From a bacterium (GTDB lineage Bacteria; SZUA-182; DTGQ01), in assembly GCA_040752695.1 (NCBI GenBank), contig JBFMGO010000003.1, positions 32,001 to 96,000 of the forward strand: a stretch of DNA of 64,000 bases, written 5' to 3'. Made by a program: the position numbers and the translations under genes. Every line of letters starts with the position of its first letter. Within the stretch, counting starts at the first letter, position 1. Below are positions 29,334 through 38,525 of this stretch, piece after piece. Under the pieces are notes generated by a model, which did no database searches, had not been told where the DNA came from, and saw nothing but the letters and a program-made list of their open reading frames with translations.

Positions 29334-30549
29334 AGACTTCCTTTCTGTAGGTGACTAATTTTTGGGTAAATCGGACCGCCTCGGCAGCCTGAATTTTTCT
29401 CCCCCTTCCCTCTTTTTCTTCTTTGCAGGTGGTCAATTTCGTTTTTTCTCTCTCCAGTTCAAGATCCCTGAAAGCTTCCGGTTCGCCCTGTCTGCCGGCT
29501 CTGGCGGAAGAATCAGGCATCAGGTTGTCATAGAGCCATTGGATGGTTTCCGGAACCAGCCCTACCCTCTGGTAAACTCTGGCCATGGCCTTAATCGAAT
29601 CGGAAGAAGGCCGCAGGCGGGGAGCCGTAATCGTGTTTATCTCTCCCCAGGACTTACGATGGAGATAGATCCAGCTTAAGACGATGAGGAGAAGCTGGCA
29701 GAGAAAAAACTGAAACGACCTTTTCCACAGATATCCGGGAATGGACAGATCGTGAGAAAATCCATGGTGATACTCGTCAAAGTAAAGATTTTCCGAGCCA
29801 TACCTGTTCAGAAGCCGGGAGAGAAAGATCAGGTTGTCACCCTTTGTCAGATTCTGATTCCCAAAGAACTGCGGATCTCCAAGAACGATCAGATTGCCCT
29901 GGCCGTAGCGGACCATGACCATAAGCGGCCCTTTGCGGTCTTCGAACAGCGAGAGAAAATTTCTTCCCTTTTTAGTGGGTGTACTATTCCCTGTACCTCT
30001 TTTTTGCCGAAAGTGCATACTGGCTGGCCCAAAATCGAGGGACAGTCCGCCTGTAAGCTGGTTGAGCCTGCCAGGTACCTGGTAAGCACCTCCTCCCGGC
30101 CTTGAGAAGGGCTCCAATTCAGGATAAAGCAAGGGGTCAGGGTACGAATTGGGATCATCACGGGACCTGTTCCTTACGAAAGAGAGGGAAAAGACGTTCA
30201 TGAGGGGGTGCTCGGAATCTGTGGCCAAAACATAGGTACCGCCCTGATGAATCCAGGCCAGGGTGTTCAGCTTCTCTTTTTGCGAAAATCCATGCGGATT
30301 GAGGGAAAAGCAAAGACCCGGATTCAGGGTCTGATCGACCGGCTGGGTAATTCTTTCGGGCGCATATCCGGTTTCCTGGCTGAAGAGGAAAAGCGCTTTA
30401 CTCCCCTTTGGATCGCTGCGAAACGTAGAACAGGGAGAGGAAAACTGGCTCCTTGAGACAAGGTCAGGAAAGAAAAGAATGACCAGAATCGCAGGCATAA
30501 GGAGAAGAAAAAAAAACCCCCAGAATAATCCATACCTTGGCTCAGACAT
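29296..30549 (-). CDS. DUF4350-like membrane protein
   Basis: N-terminal TM, STFRSDPKGSKALF, GQGNLIVLGDPQFFGNQNL..GDN, YFDEYHHG, second TM; typical position upstream of moxR. Confidence 0.75.
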   Translation of the reverse strand: MSEPRYGLFWGFFFLLLMPAILVILFFPDLVSRSQFSSPCSTFRSDPKGSKALFLFSQETGYAPERITQPVDQTLNPGLCFSLNPHGFSQKEKLNTLAWIHQGGTYVLATDSEHPLMNVFSLSFVRNRSRDDPNSYPDPLLYPELEPFSRPGGGAYQVPGRLNQLTGGLSLDFGPASMHFRQKRGTGNSTPTKKGRNFLSLFEDRKGPLMVMVRYGQGNLIVLGDPQFFGNQNLTKGDNLIFLSRLLNRYGSENLYFDEYHHGFSHDLSIPGYLWKRSFQFFLCQLLLIVLSWIYLHRKSWGEINTITAPRLRPSSDSIKAMARVYQRVGLVPETIQWLYDNLMPDSSARAGRQGEPEAFRDLELEREKTKLTTCKEEKEGRGRKIQAAEAVRFTQKLVTYRKEVYGRAHRQSHGQS

Positions 30550-31582
30550 TCAAGACTCCTCTGACCGCTTGCCGGTACCTTTGATAGTCAGCCTGAGGCA
30601 GAGGATGACGGCCATACCAGACCAGATCGAAACTGTGAGTCAACTCCCGAAAGAGGACTTTGGCCTTTTGCTCTCCCCGAAACTGAATCAAATAGTTCCA
30701 GTTGGTCCGACAGCGATGAAAATCGATATAGTTAAGGCGATGGAAACCCACCAGGAGGGCCAGATAGAGACTGCGGAATGCCTCTCGGGTTTTTCCCTGC
30801 GACATGAAAAGGTCCGCCTGCCCGGCCCAGTATCCGGGCGATTCTCTCAGGGAGTCGGGCAGATTGAGAGCCGCATGCTGAGGAGGCAGTACCTCGCCTT
30901 CTTCCTGGTTGCAGATGAGGGACTGGCCGAACTTGGCCAGAATAATCAGCATGGCAATGGCCAGAGCAGCCATCAGTGCATAGACACTCCACGGGTTGGA
31001 AACCCAGGACAACAGCCCTGGACGGACCGTCGATGTTCTGAACCAGTTCCCCATGGTGTTAAAGATCTTCGCTGTAAACCTGACCATCTTTTTGAACAAC
31101 CAGAAAACCCAGTTCAGGAATCGGACTGGCCACTGCACCGGGTCTTTCTTGATCTGATTATACTGAAATTCCGGCCTGGACAAAATGGTCTGCAAAACCT
31201 GACGTTCCTTTTTTCCTTCTTCGGCATAGAGGGAAGGAGCGGAGTCTCTTTCAAGAATCAACGGGATTTTTGGCTGAATCCGAAGGCGGTCGGATCTTTT
31301 GAGCTGATCCTCCCGGCTGAGAGAGCAAAGATTTTGCCACTCCAGTGTCGGGGAGTGAAACCAAAAAGATATAAAGGCACAGCGGGAATTATGCTGCATG
31401 GTCAAGGGATTTTTCTGCATCTTGGTACCCGTTTGGAATGATGAAATGAGAAATAGTAATGAAACCATACAGATACAGATACACAGAGGGAATGAAACCC
31501 TCGTTCTCTCCGTGCCTTGCGTGCTTCTCTTTAAGGTCTTTTTCTTCTCCCTCAGGCTGCTCGTCCGGCTCAATGGATTCAT
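30542..31582 (-). CDS. DUF4129-like membrane protein
   Basis: ILSRPEF, G..REAFRSLYLALL, RTNWNY, FRELTHSFDLVWYG. Confidence 0.75.
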   Translation of the reverse strand: MNPLSRTSSLREKKKTLKRSTQGTERTRVSFPLCICICMVSLLFLISSFQTGTKMQKNPLTMQHNSRCAFISFWFHSPTLEWQNLCSLSREDQLKRSDRLRIQPKIPLILERDSAPSLYAEEGKKERQVLQTILSRPEFQYNQIKKDPVQWPVRFLNWVFWLFKKMVRFTAKIFNTMGNWFRTSTVRPGLLSWVSNPWSVYALMAALAIAMLIILAKFGQSLICNQEEGEVLPPQHAALNLPDSLRESPGYWAGQADLFMSQGKTREAFRSLYLALLVGFHRLNYIDFHRCRTNWNYLIQFRGEQKAKVLFRELTHSFDLVWYGRHPLPQADYQRYRQAVRGVLNV

Positions 31583-32466
31583 TGGTCACACCTTTTTTTT
31601 ATCAGGCGGTCTGCCATCTGCCGAAGGTCATAGCCCTCTTTGCGTACTTTACAGTCGTGGTACAACAGCCAGCCGGAAGCAGCCCGCAAAGGCTCGGTGA
31701 GCAGAAAACTGACGCCCAGGACAAGATAAAGATAGGTCTGGTTGGAAAAGCTGAAAAAATTCTGCCAATAACTGATATTCACATCAAACACCGAATGGAG
31801 CATACTGAGTATAAAGTACAGGCCAATCAGAATATTAGCGGCTATCATTCCCCAGAGCACGAAGATGATAAGATGAATGCCGAGGCAGCGCCGGAAAAAC
31901 CCCGGCATGCGGCTTCGAACGGCCTTCAGTGCATGCAGGGGAGGCAGCCCCTCCAGAGTAACCAGGGAAAGAGCAGGAGAAAATCCTCCTCCCAGCACAA
32001 GGTAAGGGATAAAGAGGAGGAAGGCCGAGAGGACGAAAAAAGAGCCCCAGGTTGCTGCAAAGGCGCACAGGGATATCCCCTTTTTTAAAGCCTCAAGAAG
32101 CGAGGTTCCTACGGGTGCGGGCCGGCCGGTAAATATCCGGTCAAGCGCGACCGTTTGGGCTCCCAGGAGGACGGTCCGCCAGAAAAAGAGCACCGTGAGA
32201 CAGAAAGACCAGATCGAGATGGATTGGAAAGGCCCCCTGCTTGTCAGTGCCAGTGGCGAAAATTTAAGTACGGCAAAAAAATAGTAGAAAGAAAGAAAGG
32301 TCAGGACGAAAGGCAGACTCCCCAAAAGGACCAGCGGCCAGATCTGCCCTGGAGCCTGCCGATAAAGACCGAATCCCCAGTCCAGGATATCTGCGGTCTG
32401 CATAGACTCAGGATACCGATAGGCAGTAATGTTCACTGTTTCTGAAGCAATCAGAGGCGAATCCAT
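31579..32466 (-). CDS. Multi-pass membrane protein of the MoxR operon
   Basis: ADILD.GF.LYR N-terminus and LLYHD..VRKEGYDL C-terminus; start reset to 32466 to avoid a long overlap. Confidence 0.75.
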   Translation of the reverse strand: MDSPLIASETVNITAYRYPESMQTADILDWGFGLYRQAPGQIWPLVLLGSLPFVLTFLSFYYFFAVLKFSPLALTSRGPFQSISIWSFCLTVLFFWRTVLLGAQTVALDRIFTGRPAPVGTSLLEALKKGISLCAFAATWGSFFVLSAFLLFIPYLVLGGGFSPALSLVTLEGLPPLHALKAVRSRMPGFFRRCLGIHLIIFVLWGMIAANILIGLYFILSMLHSVFDVNISYWQNFFSFSNQTYLYLVLGVSFLLTEPLRAASGWLLYHDCKVRKEGYDLRQMADRLIKKRCDQ

Positions 32467-32744
32467 AGAGCTCCCAAAAGATAGAAGGTCCCCCAGATTA
32501 AAAGCCCCCCTGCAAGGATCAGAAAAAGATTGGATAGAGAAAGCTGCCGGTAATGCCGGGGAACTTGATTTGACTGAAGCCGGTGAAGGGTGGACAGGCA
32601 ATTCTGGCAGTAATTGATTCCATCTACCCTGGTGGAGCATTCACTGCACATGGAAGTACGGCACTGAACACACAGGCCAATAGCCTTGCGTTGAGGATGC
32701 AAAGAGCAGCTATGAGGTAAAAACGAACGATCATTGATTGCCAT
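32451..32744 (-). CDS. Small B-box-like zinc-finger protein with C-terminal TM helix
   Basis: CSLHPQRKAIGLCVQCRTSMCSEC...YCQNC followed by a hydrophobic tail. Confidence 0.75.
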   Translation of the reverse strand: MAINDRSFLPHSCSLHPQRKAIGLCVQCRTSMCSECSTRVDGINYCQNCLSTLHRLQSNQVPRHYRQLSLSNLFLILAGGLLIWGTFYLLGALWIRL

Positions 32745-32747
32745 ATA

Positions 32748-33623
32748 TTACCTTATATGCATCATCATCCCTATCGCGACGGCCAAAAGAGCCGCGGCTA
32801 TGCCGATGAGAGAGGGAACAAGAATAAAGGCCAGCATGGTCCGGCCTGTGGAAAGCCTGTGCAGCCGCTTCAATCCGCTGAAGATAATGAACACATTCAG
32901 GGTTCCCGCCAGCAGGCTGATTATGAAAGCATTCATGACGGGAATCGCTCCCAGCACCTGAGTGGCGCTCGCATAGCCAACGATTCGAAAGGTTTGATGA
33001 AAGTCTCTCTTTTTAAACTGCAACCGTATCCCCAAATGAATAGATGCTGCGCTCACAAAAAGGATAGCCGGAACGGCAATGAACCACAAGGGGACCAGAG
33101 CGATCAATCCCAGGGTTCCTGTCATGAGTCCGGGCAAAGAAGGAAGCCAAGTTCCGGAAAAAAGGACGAGCACGATAGCATGGGCGAAGGACAGGTAGCT
33201 GAACGTCAGGGCCGACATTTTATCCGGTGTCCGGGGAAGCGTATCGAAGAACCCGTGAGAATGAAGAACAATCTCCCTCCAGGTAATCCAGAATCGCTTG
33301 TAAAAGAAGATGGATTTATCCTCCCATGCACAATAGTAGCTGGCATCTGCCACCCTTTCGCAGCAATCCCGGCAGTAGTGGCTTATCTCTCCGGTCGATG
33401 GATCAGTGTGGTAAAGCAGGCATCCGCTGCAGATAAACGTACCGCACCTTTTGCAGATCCCAACGGCTTCGGCCTCGGGATGATACGCGCAGACCGGATG
33501 AACACCTGTCCGCTCTCCGGCGGCAGCGCACTCGGCGCACAGGTGCCCCTCATCGCCGGTCATAAGCGGTTTCAGGCAATTGCAGCAAACGGCGTTTTCC
33601 ATAGTATCTGGTCCCTTCATCAT
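32748..33623 (-). CDS. B-box-like zinc finger plus Yip1-like membrane domain protein
   Basis: CCNC..CAEC, CAYHPEAEAVGICKRCGTFICSGC..YCRDC, then AWED..FWITW..HGFF and FHQTFRIVGYA with ~5 TM segments. Confidence 0.75.
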   Translation of the reverse strand: MMKGPDTMENAVCCNCLKPLMTGDEGHLCAECAAAGERTGVHPVCAYHPEAEAVGICKRCGTFICSGCLLYHTDPSTGEISHYCRDCCERVADASYYCAWEDKSIFFYKRFWITWREIVLHSHGFFDTLPRTPDKMSALTFSYLSFAHAIVLVLFSGTWLPSLPGLMTGTLGLIALVPLWFIAVPAILFVSAASIHLGIRLQFKKRDFHQTFRIVGYASATQVLGAIPVMNAFIISLLAGTLNVFIIFSGLKRLHRLSTGRTMLAFILVPSLIGIAAALLAVAIGMMMHIR

Positions 33624-33928
33624 GGTTTTTTTCCAATCCTATCAGATAACCATATCATAAAAAGAGGTTTTCCGTCAAATTAGGAAATTATGATCAACGG
33701 ATTGAAGTGCAAGGCGAAGAGCGGGGGGGAGGGGGCAAAGCTGTGGCCCGCCAGGATCTATCGGGCAGTGAAAAAGGGAGTAAAAAAGATTGCAGACAGC
33801 ACATCGCAGAACTGACGGGCGCATTACCCCACCTACTCTGGCACCGGATAACTATCCGAACAGATGTTTCCTCTTGATTTAATCCTGGGTAGCCAATATA
33901 ATGAAATTAATTCCAGGGAGAATGCCTT

Positions 33929-34339
33929 ATGAGCAGCAATGAAAAGAACGGCTTGGATATTCAAAGGATTAGGAACTATTGGATAGAGGAAGCATCAGAA
34001 GCGCTCCAGGTAGCCTGGCATCTGTATGAGAAGAAAGATTATTCCTATTCTCTTTTCTTTGGACACCTTGCTCTAGAGAAGCTTCTAAAAGCCATTTACA
34101 TAATCAAAAAAGGCGAACATGCACCTTACATTCATAATCTGCAAAGACTTGCAGAGCTGTCAGGCATTGATTTATCGGATAGACGAAGAGACGATCTTAT
34201 AAAGATTACAACCTTTAATCTTGAGTCAAGATATCCTGATGAGGAAAGAAGTTTCAGAAAAAAATGCACTAATGAATTTACAAAAAAGGAACTGGACCAG
34301 ATAGAGGATGTCTTCAGATGGTTAAGGTCAACGATGTAA
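33929..34339 (+). CDS. HEPN domain protein
   Basis: W...A...L..A, FFGHLALEKLLKA, PYIHNLQRL, ESRYP. Confidence 0.88.
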   Translation: MSSNEKNGLDIQRIRNYWIEEASEALQVAWHLYEKKDYSYSLFFGHLALEKLLKAIYIIKKGEHAPYIHNLQRLAELSGIDLSDRRRDDLIKITTFNLESRYPDEERSFRKKCTNEFTKKELDQIEDVFRWLRSTM

Positions 34340-34638
34340 TAATAGATAAGGTTAAAAGATTCCTTACTACGTTAAAGGAAAAGGGAATTAGGGTTGAATT
34401 CGCTTACCTTTTTGGTTCATACGCCAGATGCGCTGAAAATACATGGAGCGATATTGATGTAGCTATTGTCTCTTCTGATTTAACTGGTGATCGCTTTCAT
34501 GAGCGCATCCGCCTGACTAAAATAGCTCAGGAGATCGATAGCCGCATAGAGCCGGTTCCATTTCGCCCTAATACCTTTATTGAAGAAGATCCACTGGTGT
34601 GGGAAATAAAGAGGAAAGGAATATTTTTCAAACCTTGA
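34318..34638 (+). CDS. Minimal nucleotidyltransferase (MNT), partner of HEPN
   Basis: AYLFGSYAR....WSDIDVAIVS; overlaps the HEPN gene. Confidence 0.9.
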   Translation: MVKVNDVIIDKVKRFLTTLKEKGIRVEFAYLFGSYARCAENTWSDIDVAIVSSDLTGDRFHERIRLTKIAQEIDSRIEPVPFRPNTFIEEDPLVWEIKRKGIFFKP

Positions 34639-34935
34639 ATGCCATAAACGTTACATAACATTTCGTAGATAGATGCTCACCATATACACCTTTTTAACAA
34701 CTCCTTGAGATCAAAACATAGATCACAGCATTTGCAGACTCTTCGGTAATTGGATCTGTCCGAGAAAAAGGGACCCTGGAAACTGACTCAATTTTATAAT
34801 TGACTTATAGCTGATAAAGCATATAATATTTTTATTCCTCTAAAAAGCAATAAGCTCCTGTCAAGATGAACAAACACCGGTAATTCCGGAAAAACCATTC
34901 CCGGTTTACCGAAGGAACATTTTCCCATGCTTCGG

Positions 34936-34960
34936 GCCAGGGGTTTCCCTGGCTTTTATT
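34936..34960 (+). terminator. Intrinsic-terminator-like hairpin 46 nt upstream of the oxidative-stress operon
   Basis: gccaggg-gttt-ccctggc followed by ttttatt. Confidence 0.55.
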
Positions 34961-35005
34961 CGAATTGCACATCGGATTATAAAATTATTGCCGGGAGGTT
35001 AAACG

Positions 35006-35854
35006 ATGAAATTCAGGTGCAGGATATGCGGCTATATCTACGATGAAGAAAAAGAAGGCCAAAAATGGGGTGAGCTTCCCGGAAACTGGGTATGCCCTGA
35101 ATGTGGTGCTCCGAAGGAGCAATTTGAAGAACTGAATGAAAGCCGGTTCATGAGCAGCATCCTGGGCATCAAGGACGAGACTCCTGACGTAAAGACATTC
35201 CGCATAGAGAAGCCAAAGGATTTCAGTTTCATTTCAGGCCAGTTTTGTTTAGTGTCTTTTGTCAACAACGCCGGTTATCCCGGCGGTGCAAAGCCTTTCA
35301 CTTTCAGTAACTCTCCGACTGACGGATACCTTGAGCTTACCATCAAGGAAATGGGCATTTTTACCAAGGCGTTGTTTTCGCTTGCGGCCGGTGACAAACT
35401 TTGGATCGACGGCCCGAGGGGAAATGCGCATACGTTTGATGAATCGGTGAAGAAGAATGTCGTTTTTGTCGCCGGCGGGTCAGGGATAACCCCCTTCATG
35501 AGTGCTCTTCGATATGCGGTAGTGAAAAAGCTTGCCAACAGGTTTACCTTATTTTTCGGAAACCAGAGCGTGAAAGACATCATCTATAAAGAAGAAATGG
35601 ACCGGATGGTAGAAAATAACGGGAACATCAAAATCATCCATTGTATTTCACGCGATGATCCGCAATGGCATGGAGAACATGGGTATATTGACAAGGGAAA
35701 GATATTGAAGTACATCCATGGACCTGAAGATAAGCTCTGGTATTTATGCGGCCCGCCTCCCATGACCAGATCGATAAGGAGTATTCTGGCCGAAATTGGC
35801 ATCGAAGAAGGCAATATCAGATTTGACAAGTGGGAAATACCTGGTAAAAGTTGA
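35006..35854 (+). CDS. Rubredoxin fused to FNR-like FAD/NAD(P)-binding oxidoreductase
   Basis: CRICGYIYD...WVCPECGAPKEQF, then GPRG, FVAGGSGITPFMS and YLCGPPPM. Confidence 0.9.
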   Translation: MKFRCRICGYIYDEEKEGQKWGELPGNWVCPECGAPKEQFEELNESRFMSSILGIKDETPDVKTFRIEKPKDFSFISGQFCLVSFVNNAGYPGGAKPFTFSNSPTDGYLELTIKEMGIFTKALFSLAAGDKLWIDGPRGNAHTFDESVKKNVVFVAGGSGITPFMSALRYAVVKKLANRFTLFFGNQSVKDIIYKEEMDRMVENNGNIKIIHCISRDDPQWHGEHGYIDKGKILKYIHGPEDKLWYLCGPPPMTRSIRSILAEIGIEEGNIRFDKWEIPGKS

Positions 35855-35909
35855 TTACCTATAAAAGTCGAATACCCATCATCGGGCATTCCTTAAGGAG
35901 GATAGAAAA

Positions 35910-36425
35910 ATGATAAAACTTTGGAGATGTAGTATCTGTGCAGATCCTTATATAGGTGAAGAACCGCCTTCAAGATGCCCTTTTTGCGGCGCACAGAGTA
36001 AATACATCAAAGAGGCGAAAAGTGTCAGGGCCGACTTTGATGTCGAACTGAATGAGAAAGACAGGGCAAATGCAGAGTACGCATTGCAGGTTGAAATAAG
36101 CAATTCTGCATTCTATTTCTGTGCTGCCAGAAAAACTGATGACTCCGAAGGAAGGCTTCTTTTCAAGGCGCTGGGCAAAGTCGAAGCCGAGCATGCAAGT
36201 GTATGGAAAAAGATACTGAAAATTGACACTATTCCTCAGGCAAACGATTCTTGTCACACACTGAATAAGGAAAACCTTGAAGAATCGCATGCACGGGAAA
36301 CACGAGCTATCGAGTTTTATAAAAAGGCAGCGGCAGAGTCTGAAAATCAGAGAGTTAAACAGATTTTTGAGGCATTCACAGAAGTGGAAACCGACCACTT
36401 GAGGCTTTCAGAAGACAGGCTGTAA
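35910..36425 (+). CDS. Rubredoxin-like plus ferritin-like di-iron protein (reverse-rubrerythrin type)
   Basis: WRCSICADPY..CPFCGA; E..FY, EAEH, E..AIEFY, ETDH. Confidence 0.85.
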   Translation: MIKLWRCSICADPYIGEEPPSRCPFCGAQSKYIKEAKSVRADFDVELNEKDRANAEYALQVEISNSAFYFCAARKTDDSEGRLLFKALGKVEAEHASVWKKILKIDTIPQANDSCHTLNKENLEESHARETRAIEFYKKAAAESENQRVKQIFEAFTEVETDHLRLSEDRL

Positions 36426-36442
36426 AAAGGAGGGGTTAGGAA

Positions 36443-36826
36443 ATGGCCAAGGTAAACGGGATTTATAAATGCATGATCTGTGGAAATGTCGTTTCTGTTA
36501 TCGAGGCAGGTAAGGGGGAACTGGTCTGCTGCGGCAAGCCCATGGTTCTTTTTGAAGAGAAGACAAGAGAGCAGGAAGGCAGGGAGAAGCATGTTCCTGT
36601 GCTGGAAGCGATCGAGGGCGGTATCAGGGTCAAGGTGGGCTCCGTTTCTCATCCGATGGAAGAAAAACACTATATCGAAATGATCCAGCTTGTGAAGGAT
36701 GGTGAAATTGTGATGGGAAAAAGGCTGAAACCCGGTGCAGAACCGGTTGCCGAGTTCTGCCTTGCGAATACTGATGGTTTGAAGGCAAGGGCTTTGTGCA
36801 ATGTTCACGGGCTGTGGAAAAACTGA
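36443..36826 (+). CDS. dfx: Desulfoferrodoxin (2Fe superoxide reductase)
   Basis: YKCMICGN..LVCCGKPM, EKHVP, HPMEEKHYI, CNVHGLW. Confidence 0.95.
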   Translation: MAKVNGIYKCMICGNVVSVIEAGKGELVCCGKPMVLFEEKTREQEGREKHVPVLEAIEGGIRVKVGSVSHPMEEKHYIEMIQLVKDGEIVMGKRLKPGAEPVAEFCLANTDGLKARALCNVHGLWKN

Positions 36827-36878
36827 CCCCTGACCATTTCATCCTGAGGATCACATATTAAAGGTACTTCAGGTACTT

Positions 36879-37736
36879 ATGATACATTTCAGAAAATACG
36901 GTAAGGCACCCTTTGATGTCGCTGTCGTTCACGGGGGGCCAGGTGCATGGGGAGAGATGGCGCAGGTTGCGAAAAACCTCTCATCTGTCCATGGTGTTTT
37001 GGAACCGCTTCAAACAGCGGATTCCCTCCAAGGACAGGTGGAAGAGCTCAGGACAGTCCTGCAAGAGAGCAGCGACCTGCCTGTAACCCTGACTGGTTAT
37101 TCCTTTGGGGCGTGGCTCAGCTTTCTGGTTGCCGCTCACTATCCGTCGCTCGTCGGCAAACTCGTTCTCATCGCAAGCGGTCCTTTTGAAGAAAAATATG
37201 TGGCCAGGCTCCAGGAGACACGGTTAAGACGCCTCAGCGAGGAGGAAAGAAGAGAGTACCAATCCCTTATCCGGATTCTGGAGGCCCCGGCAGCTCAAGA
37301 CAAGGGGCGGTTTCTGGCAAGGCTTGGCGCATTAGCGGCAAAGGCCGACGCCTACGATCCAGTCGACGACTATGATCCGGTCGGCGCCTGTGGTCCGGTC
37401 ATGGACGAGTCTACGGAATCCGGCGCTGGTGGTGATATTCAGGGGAATATCTTTCAAAAGGTGTGGGAGGATGCCGCGCAGTTGAGAAGGAGTGGAAATC
37501 TCCTCAAATTGGGAACACGTATCCACTGCCCTGTAGTGGCGATTCATGGTGATTATGATCCCCATCCGGCTGAAGGGGTCAGAAATCCCCTTGCCGCCAT
37601 TTTAAAGGATTTTCGCCTCATCCTGCTCAGAAATTGCGGGCATAAACCCTGGCTCGAACAGCAGGCAAAGGATGATTTCTATAGAGTCCTCGTCCAGGAA
37701 CTGCCGGGATTCGATAGCTCACAAGATTGGGGATAG
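36879..37736 (+). CDS. Alpha/beta hydrolase
   Basis: VHGGPG, GYSFG nucleophile elbow, HGDYDPH, CGHKPW. Confidence 0.88.
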   Translation: MIHFRKYGKAPFDVAVVHGGPGAWGEMAQVAKNLSSVHGVLEPLQTADSLQGQVEELRTVLQESSDLPVTLTGYSFGAWLSFLVAAHYPSLVGKLVLIASGPFEEKYVARLQETRLRRLSEEERREYQSLIRILEAPAAQDKGRFLARLGALAAKADAYDPVDDYDPVGACGPVMDESTESGAGGDIQGNIFQKVWEDAAQLRRSGNLLKLGTRIHCPVVAIHGDYDPHPAEGVRNPLAAILKDFRLILLRNCGHKPWLEQQAKDDFYRVLVQELPGFDSSQDWG

Positions 37737-37937
37737 CGCGGATACCCGACCGAATATACATCCTTAGAGACTGCCATGAATGAGGAAAAGGTATGAGGAC
37801 TGCCACGGTATCACGGCGTTAAGCTGCCCCACACCTTGGTGTCCAAAAACATTTCTTCAAATGAAGCAGCAACCTGTAAAGCGAAGGCTTGGCAATATCA
37901 TTCTTCGCCTTACAGGTTAAAATCACGGGCAGTGTTT

Positions 37938-38261
37938 TCAGGATTCCAGAAATGGGCGTATTTTATCTTCAATAAAACTTTTGGGGACATTACCAACGAT
38001 CTGCTCCTTTTTCTCCCCTTTTTGAAAGACCACCAATGTTGGAATGCTCATGATCTGATACGTTGCCGTCGTTTTGGGATTGATATCGATATTGAGTTTG
38101 CCCACCTTCAGCCTTCCCGCGTACTCCTCCGCAAGTTCCGATACTGTGGAGGCAATGGCTCGACAGGGCATGCACCACTCAGCCCAAAAATCCACCAGAA
38201 CCGGTATTTCCGACTCCAGGACTTCTTTCCCGAAATTCTCGTCATTCAATTGTATTTCCAT
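37938..38261 (-). CDS. trxA: Thioredoxin
   Basis: VLVDFWAEWCMPC, IMSIPTL. Confidence 0.93.
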   Translation of the reverse strand: MEIQLNDENFGKEVLESEIPVLVDFWAEWCMPCRAIASTVSELAEEYAGRLKVGKLNIDINPKTTATYQIMSIPTLVVFQKGEKKEQIVGNVPKSFIEDKIRPFLES

Positions 38262-38525
38262 GGTATCGTTCCCCTTTCCTTAGAATAAATTCCCTTTATG
38301 CTATCCTTGGAAAACCAAGCAAACCTGAATAAATCTTCCGTACGATAACTGAGCAAAGCTATCCACCTCTTGCACGAATTGCACGAATCTCATGAACGGC
38401 AAGGCAAGAGCAGTACATAAATAACGAGCCTCCTGTTCAGGAGATCTATTTCAAGTCCTCTTTTTCTCTTCGATAGTATGTTCGTCAACCTTGGGAATTT
38501 TTTATGATTTACTACGAAGACTTTG

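Noticed and set aside
30479..33683. Long plus-strand ORFs (320, 209 and 308 aa)
   Set aside because: They are antisense shadows of the MoxR-operon genes with no recognisable motifs.
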